This document shows, piece by piece, positions 20,246 through 30,146 of a stretch of DNA of 64,000 bases. The first letter of the stretch is position 1. The number at the start of each line of letters is the position of its first letter. The DNA comes from Candidatus Altiarchaeota archaeon (lineage in GTDB: Archaea; Altiarchaeota; Altiarchaeia; IMC4; QMZM01). The notes beneath the pieces are model-generated. The model made no database searches, was not told the DNA's origin, and saw nothing but the letters and a program-made list of their open reading frames with translations. Where the stretch lies: contig JAWAEV010000002.1 in the NCBI GenBank assembly GCA_038891095.1, positions 1 through 64,000 on the forward strand. The letters are read 5' to 3'. The translations under genes and the position numbers were made by a program.

Positions 20246-20328
20246 CTTATATGTATTAAATTAGGAGCCAATTATTAAATTTACTTGTATAGTGTTTATC
20301 AATAAAAAAAACAAAAATTGAGAAAAAA

Positions 20329-21039
20329 ATGGAGCATAATCCAAAGCAAAATTGCTCAGAGTGTAAGAAATTTAGTGCCATAGTAAAAATTAACTATATG
20401 AAAAAATCTCTTTGCAGAAATTGTTTTTCAAAATTCTTTGAGGGAAAAGTCAGCAAGACTATAAGAACAGAAAATCTTTTAAAAAAAGATGATAAATTAG
20501 CAATTTTAGTTTCAGGCAATGTAAGTTCTATGGTATTACTTAAAGTTCTCCATAAACTCTCAAAGAGAGCACCAAAATCAAAATTGACTGCAATTTTGAT
20601 TTCAGAAAAAAATAACAATAGTGAGAATATTTCGAAAAAATTTTGCAAGGAGTTAAATGTTGAATTTGAGCAATCTGAACAAAACTTTTATGAAATTTTA
20701 TCTAAAGAAAAATTTGATAAGATAGCATTGCCATATAATTTAGATGATCAAGTAAAAAATGCAATGCTAAAGTTTATAGATGGAGATTATGAGGGAATAG
20801 TAAAAATCAATGAAAATCAAAAGATAATAATGCCTCTAAAAAATTGTCTATATGACGAAATTTTAACTTATGCTAAAATTAACAAAATTCCTTTTGATGA
20901 AGAAAAAGAAAAATTAAAATCTGATGATGCTGTAGAAAAAATCTTAGACAAAATACAGAAAAAAAATCCAGGTGTGAAATTTCAAATACTCCGCTCTATT
21001 GAAAGTTTGAGAAATGTTTTCAGAAAAAATCTAAAGTAA
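20329..21039 (+). CDS. Degenerate TtuA/Ncs6 (PP-loop tRNA thiolase)-like protein
   Basis: N-terminal CxxC...CxxC zinc finger; LVSGNVSS in place of SGGKDS; YNLDD; no Fe-S CxxC. Confidence 0.7.
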   Translation: MEHNPKQNCSECKKFSAIVKINYMKKSLCRNCFSKFFEGKVSKTIRTENLLKKDDKLAILVSGNVSSMVLLKVLHKLSKRAPKSKLTAILISEKNNNSENISKKFCKELNVEFEQSEQNFYEILSKEKFDKIALPYNLDDQVKNAMLKFIDGDYEGIVKINENQKIIMPLKNCLYDEILTYAKINKIPFDEEKEKLKSDDAVEKILDKIQKKNPGVKFQILRSIESLRNVFRKNLK

Positions 21040-23088
21040 ATTCTCCTTTATATTCTCTGCAACTTTTTTACCAAGTAACTTTGATAGTTTCTCACTTGGA
21101 GTTTCTTTCAATGTTTTAACATCTTTAATTCCTGAGTTGAAAAGAATTCTCGCCCTAACTCTTCCAATACCACGAATTCCAACAAGAGGTATAAGCTCTT
21201 CTTTAACACCATATTTAATCCTTATTTCTAACTTCCTTAATTCTTTTTCAGAATTTCTTAATGAACACAACTTTGCTAGTTCACTTGCAGAGTAAGTGAG
21301 CCATTCTAAAATTTCTAATTTCTGATGTAGAATTCCCGGTGCAGCATTATACTTCTCAAGCAATTTATCTTCATTAACTTCATTTATCCAATCATCAAAT
21401 AGTTTTGCAGTCTTAAATCTTTCAAGAAAATTACTGTCAATTTCTCCTTCTCTTAAAAGCTTATCTTCATCTTTTATGAAGGTAATCCACAATTCTTGTT
21501 CTTCATTTCTTGAAACACTTAGAAGTGGCATTTCAGTGCTGTCACAGAGCATTTCAAGCAATCCAATTGCAAAAAACTTCTTTTTCTTTTCTTCAGAATT
21601 TTTAAGAATTTTTATGTATGTATGAGCTGTTTCTGGGTCAATATAAAGATCAGAAACCCTTTTGCCAAGTTTAGTTGGAATTAAAAATTTATCACCATAC
21701 TCTATAAAATCCCATTCATGCAATTTTAATAAAATTTTTCTTATCTTTTTTTCAACTCCATGAAGACCATATTGATAGCTAAAGAAAGTCATTCTAAGGA
21801 ATTCAATAAGTGAATCATAAGTTCTTGAAAAGCCAGATGCTATTGCAGCAAGAATATGAAACCTTAGCACTGGTTCAATGCCAAGTTGCGAATAGATTGG
21901 TTCGATTTCCCCAAAGATGTATTTTTCTGTTAAAAATTCTTTTTCAGTATCATTTTTTGCTATAGTTATTGCCTCACCAAAGTTATCATATTTTGGCCTA
22001 CCTGCTCTGCCGCTCATTTGCTTATATTCTAAAACAGGAATGTACTCATAACCATAATTACCATATCTCTGAATATCCCTTATAATCACAACCCTTGATG
22101 GCAAGTTAACACCAAATGCTAATGTTGGAGTTGTAACTATAATCTTTATAAGAAAATTTCTGAACGAATCCTCAACTAAGATTCTTTGTTTATTCAAAAG
22201 ACCAGCATGATGAAATGCAATCCCTTTTTTCACACATTCCGAAAGTTTTTTGCATTGTTTTGTTGGAGAACTTGCGGCATTTAAAATCTCTTCTGATAAC
22301 TGGAAAAGTTTTTCTTTATCTAAATGAAACTCAAGTTCGAAAGCTATTTTTTCAGCAAGTGCTTCTGCACTTCTTCTTGAGTTAACGAAGATAATAAGTT
22401 GGCCATTCTCAGAAATTGTTTTTGATGAAATTTCCTTTATTGTTTCAAATTTTTTTCCAACAGCTATTGATTCTTTTAATTCCACAGGCCTCCATTCTGA
22501 TTCAACTAACCCAGCATTTAGCCAATCTGCAAGCTCTCCAGCATTTCCAATTGTGGCTGATAATGCCAAAATTTGTATTTTTGGGAACAACTTTCTGAAT
22601 TTTGCGATAATTATCTCATATACCGGACCACGGTCAGTTGCAAGCATGTGTATTTCATCCATAACAAGAATCCCAACATTCTCAATTAAGTTCTCTGTAG
22701 AGCGCAAAATTGAGTCAAGTTTTTCTGCAGTAGCTATAAGAATGTCAAAATTTAACTTATTGAAATACTTCTCAGAGTCTAAATCCCCAATTTCTAACCT
22801 GACATTATAACCAATTTTCTCATATTTTTTAAATTCGATAAATTTTTCATATGCTAATGCTTTTAATGGTACAACATATATCGCTTTTTTACCATTCTCT
22901 AAATTCTTTGTTATTGCTAGTTCAGCAATTAATGTTTTACCTGATGCTGTAGGAGTTGCGATAACTAAATTTTTACCTTCTAATAAACCACTTCTAATAG
23001 CATGCTCTTGTGGCGGATATAAAGTTGAAATTTCCCCAGCTAATAGATTCAAAAATTTTTCCTGAATTCTAACTTCTGTTATATTCAT
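21031..23088 (-). CDS. hel308: ATP-dependent DNA helicase Hel308/Hjm
   Basis: LYPPQ, PTASGKT, DEIH, LSAT, FHHAGL, QMSGRAGRP, GIGRVRAR. Confidence 0.95.
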   Translation of the reverse strand: MNITEVRIQEKFLNLLAGEISTLYPPQEHAIRSGLLEGKNLVIATPTASGKTLIAELAITKNLENGKKAIYVVPLKALAYEKFIEFKKYEKIGYNVRLEIGDLDSEKYFNKLNFDILIATAEKLDSILRSTENLIENVGILVMDEIHMLATDRGPVYEIIIAKFRKLFPKIQILALSATIGNAGELADWLNAGLVESEWRPVELKESIAVGKKFETIKEISSKTISENGQLIIFVNSRRSAEALAEKIAFELEFHLDKEKLFQLSEEILNAASSPTKQCKKLSECVKKGIAFHHAGLLNKQRILVEDSFRNFLIKIIVTTPTLAFGVNLPSRVVIIRDIQRYGNYGYEYIPVLEYKQMSGRAGRPKYDNFGEAITIAKNDTEKEFLTEKYIFGEIEPIYSQLGIEPVLRFHILAAIASGFSRTYDSLIEFLRMTFFSYQYGLHGVEKKIRKILLKLHEWDFIEYGDKFLIPTKLGKRVSDLYIDPETAHTYIKILKNSEEKKKKFFAIGLLEMLCDSTEMPLLSVSRNEEQELWITFIKDEDKLLREGEIDSNFLERFKTAKLFDDWINEVNEDKLLEKYNAAPGILHQKLEILEWLTYSASELAKLCSLRNSEKELRKLEIRIKYGVKEELIPLVGIRGIGRVRARILFNSGIKDVKTLKETPSEKLSKLLGKKVAENIKENLL

Positions 23089-23569
23089 CTTTATATTTCT
23101 TTGCAAGTTTTACATAGCTAAGTGCATTTTTTTCTATATCTAAAATTTCTTCTTTGCTTAGCTCTCTTACAACTTTTGCAGGAATGCCAACAGCTAATGA
23201 GCCTTTTGGAATTTTTTTGCCAGATGTGACAACTGCACCTGCTGCTATAATGCAATTTTCTTCAATAACTGAATTATCCATAACAATTGCTCCCATGCCA
23301 ATGATACAGTTATCCTTAATTATGCAACCATGAAGTATTGCTCCATGGCCTATAGAAACTTTATTACCAACAATAACTTTACTTCTCTCAGTTGTGTGAA
23401 TTACAACATTGTCTTGAATATTTGTTTCTTTACCAATTAAAATTGAATTTTTATCTCCTCTCAAAACAGCATTTGGCCATATACTGCTATTTTCCCCAAT
23501 TGTAACATCTCCATAAATTACAGCAGTGCTATGGATATATGCTCTTTTGCTAATTTTAGAGTTTTTCAC
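23069..23569 (-). CDS. Gamma-carbonic anhydrase family protein
   Basis: Hexapeptide repeats; LRGD, NIQDNVVIH, GHGAILHGC. Confidence 0.9.
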   Translation of the reverse strand: MKNSKISKRAYIHSTAVIYGDVTIGENSSIWPNAVLRGDKNSILIGKETNIQDNVVIHTTERSKVIVGNKVSIGHGAILHGCIIKDNCIIGMGAIVMDNSVIEENCIIAAGAVVTSGKKIPKGSLAVGIPAKVVRELSKEEILDIEKNALSYVKLAKKYKDEYNRS

Positions 23570-23609
23570 TTTACAATTTAGATTTATGAGCAGAAATATA
23601 AATAAATCT

Positions 23610-24383
23610 ATGGAAATGCAAACTACTATTATAACTCTTACAACTGACTTTGGTGAAGGAAGTTTCTATATTGCACAAATGAAAGGTGTTATTTTAAGTA
23701 TAAACAAAAACGCAAAAATTTTTGACATTTCTCATAGCATAAAAAGACACAATATTTTCGAAGGAGCTTTTATAATTTCGCAAATCTGGAAATATTTTCC
23801 AAAAGGAACTTTTCATATCGGTGTTATTGATCCAGGAGTTGGATCAAAAAGAAAAGAATTAATAATTGAAACAGAAAATTGCTATTTCATTGGCCCTGAT
23901 AATGGTTTATTTTCTTTAGCTTTAGAAAAACAAAAATTAAAGGAAGTTATAAGCATAGATGAAAAAAAAGTTGAAAAATTTACCAAGGAAAAAACTTCAA
24001 AAACTTTTCATGGCAGAGACATATTCGCTCCTGTAGCTGCTTTAATTTCAAAAGGTTATAAACCAATAAATTTTGGCAGTGAGATAAGCTATAATGAGAT
24101 AAAAAAATTGCATATTCAAAAAGATGAAGTTATCTATATTGACAGTTTTGGAAATATTGTTCTTAGCTTAGAAAAAAGAAATTTTTGTATTAATAAAAAG
24201 ATAGCCTTGAGATATAAAAACAAAATTATTCCTGCAAGATTTGTAGCTAAATATGCTGATGGAAAAAAAGGTGAATTTCTTTTACTTGAAGGTAGTCATG
24301 GTTTCTTGGAATTAAGTTTAAGAGAAGGGAGTGCTGCAAAAAAATTAAAAGCAAAAATTGGGGATAAAATTGATGTAAAATAA
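23610..24383 (+). CDS. SAM hydroxide adenosyltransferase (DUF62)
   Basis: ITLTTDFG, VIDPGVGS.R, GPDNG, TFHGRDIFAP, YIDSFGN. Confidence 0.92.
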   Translation: MEMQTTIITLTTDFGEGSFYIAQMKGVILSINKNAKIFDISHSIKRHNIFEGAFIISQIWKYFPKGTFHIGVIDPGVGSKRKELIIETENCYFIGPDNGLFSLALEKQKLKEVISIDEKKVEKFTKEKTSKTFHGRDIFAPVAALISKGYKPINFGSEISYNEIKKLHIQKDEVIYIDSFGNIVLSLEKRNFCINKKIALRYKNKIIPARFVAKYADGKKGEFLLLEGSHGFLELSLREGSAAKKLKAKIGDKIDVK

Positions 24384-24541
24384 ATAAAAGAAAAAAGTTT
24401 AATTAGATTTTTTGAGCTTTGTTTGTTTTTTTAGATACTTACAGTTTTTGGCTTTTCCTTCAAAATAATCCCAAGCAACTTTTTCCTTTTCCTTTTTTAA
24501 TACACCTCCCTAAATTTCTTGAAATTTTTTAGATTAGCATT

Positions 24542-24979
24542 TTAACATGTTGAATGAACTATTGCTGCAACTTTTTTGCCTTGTTTTTTCATTTCATTGA
24601 ATTTTTTTAATGCATTTGGAGTTGGCATAACATAAACTGGAAAAAATGAATTGTTGAGTATTGCTTCATCTACAGAAACTAAATCATCATAACCTGAGGC
24701 AATAATTAAAGCATCAATTGATGAGTTTGTTTTTTCAAGTAAAGACAGCGAAATGTTGAAAATATCTGTTGTTTCATTCAAGGATATAAAATGATTTTTT
24801 CCTTCCCTAAGCTTAACAACACCATCCGGATAAATTTTTAAATCAAAATACGGAATTGGTACAGCGTTATAAGTTGTCAATCCAAAGAAAGAGAATCCAA
24901 ATTCATCCCTTGGATTTAAGAGTATCCATAAAGCTATTAGTATTGCAATCAAAATTAAAATTGTAATTTTGCTTGTCAT
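24542..24979 (-). CDS. Mth938/AAMDC-like domain protein with N-terminal TM or signal segment
   Basis: LIIASG, PTPNALKKFN, C-terminal AAIVHSTC; hydrophobic N-terminus. Confidence 0.7.
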   Translation of the reverse strand: MTSKITILILIAILIALWILLNPRDEFGFSFFGLTTYNAVPIPYFDLKIYPDGVVKLREGKNHFISLNETTDIFNISLSLLEKTNSSIDALIIASGYDDLVSVDEAILNNSFFPVYVMPTPNALKKFNEMKKQGKKVAAIVHSTC

Positions 24980-25038
24980 AAAAACCGAAAATATAAGCTT
25001 ATAAATATTTATCTGTATATAATATATTAAAGAAAAAG

Positions 25039-28000
25039 ATGAAAAAGAAATCTCTTCTACTTATGTTGCTGTTATTGTTGTATAAATTCAAAAAAATTTT
25101 TTCAATTGGTTCAATTTTGCTTTCTCTAATTATTTCAAGTGTTTATGTAAGTGCCTACACAACAACTATAGATCGATGGAGAACAACAACCACAACATTA
25201 ACAACAACCACAACTACATCAACTTCAACAACTTTCGAGCAATGTTATGATTCTGACTATGGGAGAAATTACTATGATAAAGGTTATGTGAAAGATAAGT
25301 TTGGAAGATACAGCTATGATGTTTGCATTTCAAATTATTCTTTAAGAGAATACTACTGCTCTGCAAATGGTTATGCTTATCATATAACTTATAAATGTCC
25401 TTTAGGCTGTGAAGATGGAAAATGTAAGATATATGCAATAACTACAACAACTCTGCCTATGCAAAAAGATTGCGATACTCTCTACAAAGAAAGTAATGGT
25501 TTAGTTTTTTTGTATGATGCAAATGATGATAGGAAAATTGAAGAAGAAGAGTTAACGAATAAAAAAGTTTTAGGTTTTTTAAGTTTAGGGAATCTAAACG
25601 ACAGAGAATTATATGCTCTATTTGAATTTCAAAGTAGAAATTGCACATATGAAAAGAAATTTTGCGCAGATTTTATCCTAAAAAATTTTAATAAATTCAT
25701 GAATAAGTACGATTTAGACAAGGATAATATAATCCGGGGAAGTGAGATAGGAAATCTTATAAAGGATTGGGAATCAGGATTACTTAGCAATGAAGAATTT
25801 GCCTTTATTTTAAAATCTATGAGCAGTGGCTATTCAGTTGGCTGGCCAAAACCTCCTTGTGAGAGCTATGGTGACCTAAATGATGATGGTCTTGTTGATT
25901 CTTGTGGATATGACGAACCTATTCTTTACTACCATACTTCAGTAGGCCCAATTTTAACAGAAGAGCAAAAAAAGAGAGCAGATCTAAATGCAGATGGAAA
26001 AATTGACTGCAAGGATTTAGGTTTAATGTCATTCTATCTAAGCAATCAAATACAAACTTTTCCAGTTTGCAATCAATCAGGTAAATGTGGTAATGGAATT
26101 TGCGAAGAAAATGAAGCAAATTGCATAGATTGTACTTGCGGTAATGGTATTTGCGATCTTAATGAGCAATTTGAGTATGGTGGTGGAGATTTCCCTGCAT
26201 CAGCTTGTCCTGAGGATAATTGCTTGAATCCAAACTGTATGCAAAGTGTAGATCCAAAGTATTTTTGCATTTTAAGGCAAGATTGTTCATCATGTGTAAG
26301 TGCTGGGTGTGTATGGTGTAGTTATTTTACAAACTTTGGTATTTGTAGAGAAAACTGTAGCGTTTGCCTATATGGAGGAGGCAACAAATGTATATCAAAT
26401 CTAAATGAATGTCAAAGTACTGTAACAACATTAACATTTTCAACATTTCCAACAATAATAACAACAATCACAACGACATCAACTACAGTGCCACCTTCAT
26501 ATTTCGATTGCTTGCAAAAATCAGATTGCATTTCTTGCTCTCAATCCGGCTGCAGTTTTTGTAATTGGTTAATAAATTTTTGTTTTAGTGATTGTACAAT
26601 TTGCAATTTCTTTGGAGCAACTTGTATTTCAAATACACAAAATTGTCCTGGAGTAACTACAACTACAACAACCTCACCAACCTTTACTAAATGCGAAGGC
26701 GACTCATGTCATGTTCAATGTGTCACTGATGCCGGTGCTGTGTATCATATATACGACACTGATTGTGGAGATTATCCTGGAACTTGTGGCGTGATAGTGA
26801 AAGGTTATTCTCATAACTTATGGACATCTTCAGATGGTGAGTGTTTATTTTCTCAACCATTTGCTAAGTTCAGGGAATACTATATAAACCTTTCCTCTTC
26901 AGGATTAGATGTCCTAAAATACAGAGAATATAATTGTTCGCAAAATTCTTGTGTTTTTTGTGAGGAGGGTTGCACAGCAATAACTAAATGCAAAGTTTGT
27001 TTGGACTATAAAACAACCTCCACAACAACAGCACCAACAGCATTCACAACAACTACCACAACTTTCTCTGCATGTGAGCAGGAATGCAAAGCTCTTGGCT
27101 ACTTGTATGGAACATGTAGAGGAGCAACAATAACAACCACTACTACAACTACAACCATAACAATAACAGCAAATGATACAAAAACTCTAACACCCACTAC
27201 TTCTATTACCACACCACCATTCCCTACAACAACCACTCAATCAGGATACTATACATGCAAAGATTCCGATGGCGGAATAGATCACTATACCAAAGGAGTA
27301 GTAACGGTCTATAACCCTGATGGAACTGTTTATGTCTCGCAAGGAGATTTTTGCTCAAGTGATTTTGTAATTGAATATTACTGTAAGAAAGATAGTGGAC
27401 CATATCCGGGAGATCTATTTTGTGCAGAAGATAATGCATTTTTCTGTGAGTATGGATGTGAAAATGGAGCGTGTAATAAAAATTTAAAAGTTTTGGGAAG
27501 AGCTATAGCAACAACAAATTGTGCACAATATAAAAACTGTTTTGACTGCACAAATGATCCTGATTGTGAATGGTGTAATAGCTCGAAGACATGTTTAGAT
27601 TCCTGTGATGAAGGAGTGAATTGTGCTATAGGTAGTTGTTTTCTTTATATGTATTCCTGTGGTGATGAAGACATCTACTGCGACAAATATAAAAACTGTT
27701 ATGATTGTACAAATGATTCCTATTGTGAGTGGTGTGCTAGCTCAAAAAAATGTTTAGGTTCTTGTAGTGAAGGTACAAATTGTGATATAGGAGCATGTCA
27801 CCTCTATACATATTCATGTGATTGGACAACGGTTACAACAATACCAATTACAACTACCTCATCTACAACTCAACAAACAACAACTCCAACAACAATTACA
27901 ACAATTATAACAACAAGTACAATTACTACATTTACTACAACAACAATTACAACTACTACTTACACCGGGATATGTTTGTATAATGAGCAGTCTATTGGCC

Positions 28001-28425
28001 AAGATGGCTGTTTTTCAGGGCAAGAATGTTGTTGTTATAACCAAGTTCCAACAACATCAACAACTACAACAACTTCATCAACAACTACTTCTACAACTAT
28101 ACAGGTTGCTGGTTTTACAGTAAAAGGAGTTAAATGCTGGAGAACTGATAGCTCTTACATATGTGAAATGGAATATGACAATTATGCTCAAGAAAATGCA
28201 AAAATACTTTTCCTTTTCAAAGTTGCTGATACCGGCGAGGTTGTAAGCAATGGAATTTCATTTGCAAAGAATGCTGAATCCGGAGTTGTTGGCTCACAAT
28301 TTTTCTGTAAAGAAAAGGATACTGAATATAAAGTCTCATGGAAAGTTTATTTTGCTTCAGATCTAAATTTAGAAAATCCAATAATATGGTGTAAGTCAAA
28401 TGAGCAAATAATAATAATTTGTTAA
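25039..28425 (+). CDS. Large secreted Cys-rich, Thr-rich surface protein with EF-hand/dockerin-like loops and PSI-like repeats
   Basis: Hydrophobic N-terminus; C.DSD.G..YY.KG x2; GDLNDDGLVD and ADLNADGKID; C..Y.NC.DCTND..CEWC x2; poly-Thr linkers. Confidence 0.75.
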   Translation: MKKKSLLLMLLLLLYKFKKIFSIGSILLSLIISSVYVSAYTTTIDRWRTTTTTLTTTTTTSTSTTFEQCYDSDYGRNYYDKGYVKDKFGRYSYDVCISNYSLREYYCSANGYAYHITYKCPLGCEDGKCKIYAITTTTLPMQKDCDTLYKESNGLVFLYDANDDRKIEEEELTNKKVLGFLSLGNLNDRELYALFEFQSRNCTYEKKFCADFILKNFNKFMNKYDLDKDNIIRGSEIGNLIKDWESGLLSNEEFAFILKSMSSGYSVGWPKPPCESYGDLNDDGLVDSCGYDEPILYYHTSVGPILTEEQKKRADLNADGKIDCKDLGLMSFYLSNQIQTFPVCNQSGKCGNGICEENEANCIDCTCGNGICDLNEQFEYGGGDFPASACPEDNCLNPNCMQSVDPKYFCILRQDCSSCVSAGCVWCSYFTNFGICRENCSVCLYGGGNKCISNLNECQSTVTTLTFSTFPTIITTITTTSTTVPPSYFDCLQKSDCISCSQSGCSFCNWLINFCFSDCTICNFFGATCISNTQNCPGVTTTTTTSPTFTKCEGDSCHVQCVTDAGAVYHIYDTDCGDYPGTCGVIVKGYSHNLWTSSDGECLFSQPFAKFREYYINLSSSGLDVLKYREYNCSQNSCVFCEEGCTAITKCKVCLDYKTTSTTTAPTAFTTTTTTFSACEQECKALGYLYGTCRGATITTTTTTTTITITANDTKTLTPTTSITTPPFPTTTTQSGYYTCKDSDGGIDHYTKGVVTVYNPDGTVYVSQGDFCSSDFVIEYYCKKDSGPYPGDLFCAEDNAFFCEYGCENGACNKNLKVLGRAIATTNCAQYKNCFDCTNDPDCEWCNSSKTCLDSCDEGVNCAIGSCFLYMYSCGDEDIYCDKYKNCYDCTNDSYCEWCASSKKCLGSCSEGTNCDIGACHLYTYSCDWTTVTTIPITTTSSTTQQTTTPTTITTIITTSTITTFTTTTITTTTYTGICLYNEQSIGQDGCFSGQECCCYNQVPTTSTTTTTSSTTTSTTIQVAGFTVKGVKCWRTDSSYICEMEYDNYAQENAKILFLFKVADTGEVVSNGISFAKNAESGVVGSQFFCKEKDTEYKVSWKVYFASDLNLENPIIWCKSNEQIIIIC

Positions 28426-28427
28426 GA

Positions 28428-29639
28428 ATGATGATAAAAAATTTTGAAATATCAGCTAAAATATTAGCAATTTTTATTTTTTCAATTTTACTTATAGAGC
28501 AAATTTATGCAATTTCATTTTCTTGCGAAAATTGTTATGTAAATGATTGTATATGTTTTACTGATTGTCCATCTGGATTTTTGAAAATTTATGAAAGTAG
28601 TTGTTATGATGCTATTGCAAAATATGAGATTGACTTCTCTTCAGGAATTATAAATTGGAAACCAAAGAATCTTGGAACATTTAAGGGTGAGATAGAATGC
28701 GATAATGGGCAGCAATCTGCATGTCAAACAATTCAAGTAAAAGAAAAATTTATAACTACAACAACTATAACAACAACTTTAGTGACTTATCCTCCAAGAC
28801 CAAAAACTACTACGACAAAGAAAACAACTACTACAAAAACCACAACAACAATAAAGAAGACTACAACATCAACTTCAACAACTACAATTACTACAACAAC
28901 AATAACAACTACCACAAGAACAACTACAACAACAGAAGAAAGACCGTGGGAAGAAACAACAACAACGGTCTATGGCTGTAATAGAAACTATATTTGCGAA
29001 GTTGAAATTGGTGAAAGTTATGAGAATTGTCCAAAAGATTGTCCTTCAGGTTTCAAAGACAATTATTGTGATGGAGTTAAAGACGGAAGATGCGACCCTG
29101 ATTGCCTGAGTTTTGAAGATCCTGATTGTGTTGCGGCTAAATGTGGTGATAACTACTGCGATTTAGAATCAGGAGAAACACCAGAGACATGTCCTGAAGA
29201 CTGTGCAACATTTTACTGTGGTAATAAAATTTGTGATATTGAGCAAGGTGAGAACTTTTTAAACTGCCCTAAGGATTGTCCTTCAGGAGAGAAAGATAAC
29301 TATTGCGATAAAGTTAAAGATGAGAAATGCGATCCAGACTGTAAAGAAGCTGAGGACGAAGATTGTAAGAGAAGAGGAATATTGGATGGTATAACTAATT
29401 TAGCCATACCCCTCATTTTAATTTTTATTCTTTTAGTATCAGCAGGTATTATAATATTTTTCCTATATAAAAAAGGTAAAAAATCAGCATATGAGGATAA
29501 AAATGTAAAAATTCTTGCTTGGCTCAAACAAAAACTGAGAGATGGTGAAGATCCAGAAATTTTAAAGAAGGGTTTAGAAGCAGAAGGCTATGACCCAAGC
29601 TTAGTTGATAAGGCAGAGGAGAAATTATGGGAAAGCTAA
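28428..29639 (+). CDS. Membrane-anchored Cys-rich surface protein with Thr/Lys linker
   Basis: Signal peptide, GE...CP.DC repeats, D.YCD.V.D..CDPDC x2, C-terminal TM and small cytoplasmic helical domain. Confidence 0.75.
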   Translation: MMIKNFEISAKILAIFIFSILLIEQIYAISFSCENCYVNDCICFTDCPSGFLKIYESSCYDAIAKYEIDFSSGIINWKPKNLGTFKGEIECDNGQQSACQTIQVKEKFITTTTITTTLVTYPPRPKTTTTKKTTTTKTTTTIKKTTTSTSTTTITTTTITTTTRTTTTTEERPWEETTTTVYGCNRNYICEVEIGESYENCPKDCPSGFKDNYCDGVKDGRCDPDCLSFEDPDCVAAKCGDNYCDLESGETPETCPEDCATFYCGNKICDIEQGENFLNCPKDCPSGEKDNYCDKVKDEKCDPDCKEAEDEDCKRRGILDGITNLAIPLILIFILLVSAGIIIFFLYKKGKKSAYEDKNVKILAWLKQKLRDGEDPEILKKGLEAEGYDPSLVDKAEEKLWES

Positions 29640-29668
29640 GCTTTGTGCTAAATTCTAATTTAAATAAA

Positions 29669-30123
29669 ATGAATATTGAGACATTTAAAAAATCACTTTG
29701 TAGTAAACATAATTAATTTTTTGTTGTATGCTATTAGTTTTTTGTTATATATTACGGCCTGACAGTATTATCAGGTATTATTGACCCTCAGTGAATTTCC
29801 TAAATGGAGCAGTTTTAGTTTGCTTTAATTGTTTTGAGATCAACAGTCTAGAATGCTCGATATTTGAACTCATAGCCCTAAATATTTTATATCCCTTTTT
29901 ACCACTCTTTGGATTGTTGTCTATAATTTATTATACTATCAAAAAAGAGGGAATGATATATATCCTTTTTGGAATTCTAAATATTTCACTTATACCCCTG
30001 TGATATATCACATATGTTGTTATACCCTACTGTGAATTCAACGGTCTTATATTCAGCGTAATTGGTTTATTAGCAATGTCCTGTGCTCTTTATATCCACA
30101 GTCAACAAAAAAAGAAGAAATAA
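29669..30123 (+). pseudogene. Degraded membrane-protein gene
   Basis: Hydrophobic frames broken by stops: MNIETFKNHFVVNIINFLLYAISFLLYITA*, then ORF 29791-30003, whose frame continues hydrophobic past TGA to TAA at 30123. Confidence 0.5.
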
Positions 30124-30146
30124 TAAACGAGTATGTGCTAATTTTT

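Noticed and set aside
24400-24510. Short minus-strand frame (VLKKEKEKVAWDYFEGKAKNCKYL...)
   Set aside because: Preceded by an in-frame stop, has no start codon, and matches no recognisable family.
28721-28981. Asn/Tyr-rich ORF
   Set aside because: Alternate frame of the poly-Thr ACN tract in the Cys-rich gene.
30001-30003. Stop-codon recoding or selenocysteine at TGA
   Set aside because: TGA ends many intact genes here (gatE, endA, virB4), no SECIS-like element is evident, and the region has other lesions.
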